NCBI RefSeq assembly: GCF_006345805.1
Contig: NW_021826252.1
Span: 1-35,629, forward strand
Source: Octopus sinensis
Lineage: Eukaryota
Direction: 5' to 3'
DNA: 35,629 nt
Shown: in pieces, positions 34,394 through 35,629 of the stretch
Layout of the letters: each line of letters begins with the position of its first letter
How positions within the stretch are numbered: the first letter of the stretch is position 1
Notes under the pieces: generated by a model
Seen by the model: the letters and a program-made list of their open reading frames with translations, nothing else
Told to the model about the DNA's origin: nothing
Databases searched by the model: none
Position numbers and translations under genes: made by a program

Positions 34394-35284
34394 AAGGTAT
34401 AAAAATTTATGTATTATAATAAAGTATATATATGAAATTATGTGTGTATGTGTGTGCATACTCACACACATATATATAGATACAGATATAGATGTATCTG
34501 TACACACACACACATGCATGCACACACACATATATATATAGATATAGATATAGATGTGTGTACACACACATATGCACACACACACACGCGTGCACACACA
34601 CATGCACACACATGCACACACGCATACACACACACACACACACACACACCACACACACACACACAACACACACACATGCACACACACACTCAACTACTTA
34701 GTATGATCAATACCATTGTACTTGTTGATTTTTCAGACAGTTCAAAACTTGCTTAATATCTGACACTGATTTTTTCTTTCATTTCTTCATTTTGTTTTTT
34801 TTTTACTCTCTACTCCCACCACCACCACCACCATCGACAATTATATTCAAAGGATCTGTTTGATATCTTTGAAGTGATGGCCATCAAAGCCAGACTTATT
34901 CATCAATGACGTTCACAGACAAGTCACCTATTGTCATCGTTTTACAGCCAACATAACTCACACAGTAATGCATTCTGATTATTGCCGGCTTGGCAAGCTA
35001 ACTAGCAACTAGTCTGGATTACTAAATTGATGTCGCATACTGAAGCTATGTGGTTAAATAGTTTAGCATTGGAAGCAAGAGCAGCTGGGTTTCAGGAGCA
35101 TTTCGTGGAATCTTGGGGAAGTTGTCTTGTAACAGAGATATGAGTTAGAACTGGTCAATGCCTTCCTCAGTGACATCTTGGTAGAAGGATGCTTAGACTA
35201 TTGGCTGTTTGTCACTTGGGATTGTGGATATAGATATATACATACATACATACATACATACACACACGCACGCATCGCCTTGTT

Positions 35285-35629
35285 ACCTGTGTCGCCTGTT
35301 ACCTGCATCGCTTCACTGGCACTTGTGCTGGTGACACGTGAAAAAACATTCGAGCGAGGTCGTTGCCAGTGCCGCTGGAATGGCTCCTGTGTAAGTGGCA
35401 CATATAAAGCACCATTTGAGCGTGGCCATTGCCAGTACCGCCTGACTGGCCCTCGTGCCGGTGGCATGTAAGAGCACCCACTACACTCTCGGAGTGGTTG
35501 GCGTTAGGAAGGGCATCCAGCTGTAGAAACACTGCCAGATCAGACTGGAGCCTGGTGCAGCCATCTGGTTCACCAGACCTCAGTCAAATCGTCCAACCCA
35601 TGCTAGCATGGAAAACGGACATTAAATGA
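35285..35629 (+). mobile_element. SINE family C, running to the window end
   Basis: ggagtggttggcgttaggaagggcatccagctgtagaaac...ggaaaacggacattaaatga. Confidence 0.85.

Noticed and set aside
11165-34756. Dozens of Y/I/C/V/M/H/T-rich ORFs in the supplied track
   Set aside because: All are translations of (TA)n, (TG)n, (CA)n and (TATG)n microsatellites.

Overview
Eukaryotic, AT-rich DNA packed with microsatellites and SINEs. The repeat families and (TA)n/(TATG)n/(GAT)n density point to an octopus (coleoid cephalopod) genome; this is recognised by eye, not by database search. The only host gene I can support is the 3' end of a DNAJC28 orthologue (DUF1992 region) on the minus strand: exons 9250-9450 and 2583-2919, joined in frame across a phase-2 GT-AG intron. 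No upstream (J-domain) exon was recognised in the remaining ~26 kb. The rest is intronic or intergenic repeat: tRNA-derived and (GAT)n-tailed SINEs, a 2.1-kb non-autonomous Helitron, mariner and Tc1 remnants, piggyBac-like and Merlin-like MITEs, a probable solo LTR, an RTE LINE fragment and two Penelope-like (PLE) GIY-YIG remnants. The most interesting signal is a set of at least seven type-I hammerhead ribozyme (HHR) motifs. Two of them have an extended stem II and lie back-to-back in a ~280-bp inverted repeat just downstream of the DNAJC28 poly(A) signal. Two others share a non-canonical CUGU core. There are also two nested inverted duplications and a perfect 59-bp inverted repeat next to a splice acceptor. 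Almost all ORFs in the supplied track are microsatellite or repeat artefacts. SINE and remnant boundaries are approximate (about +/-10 nt).
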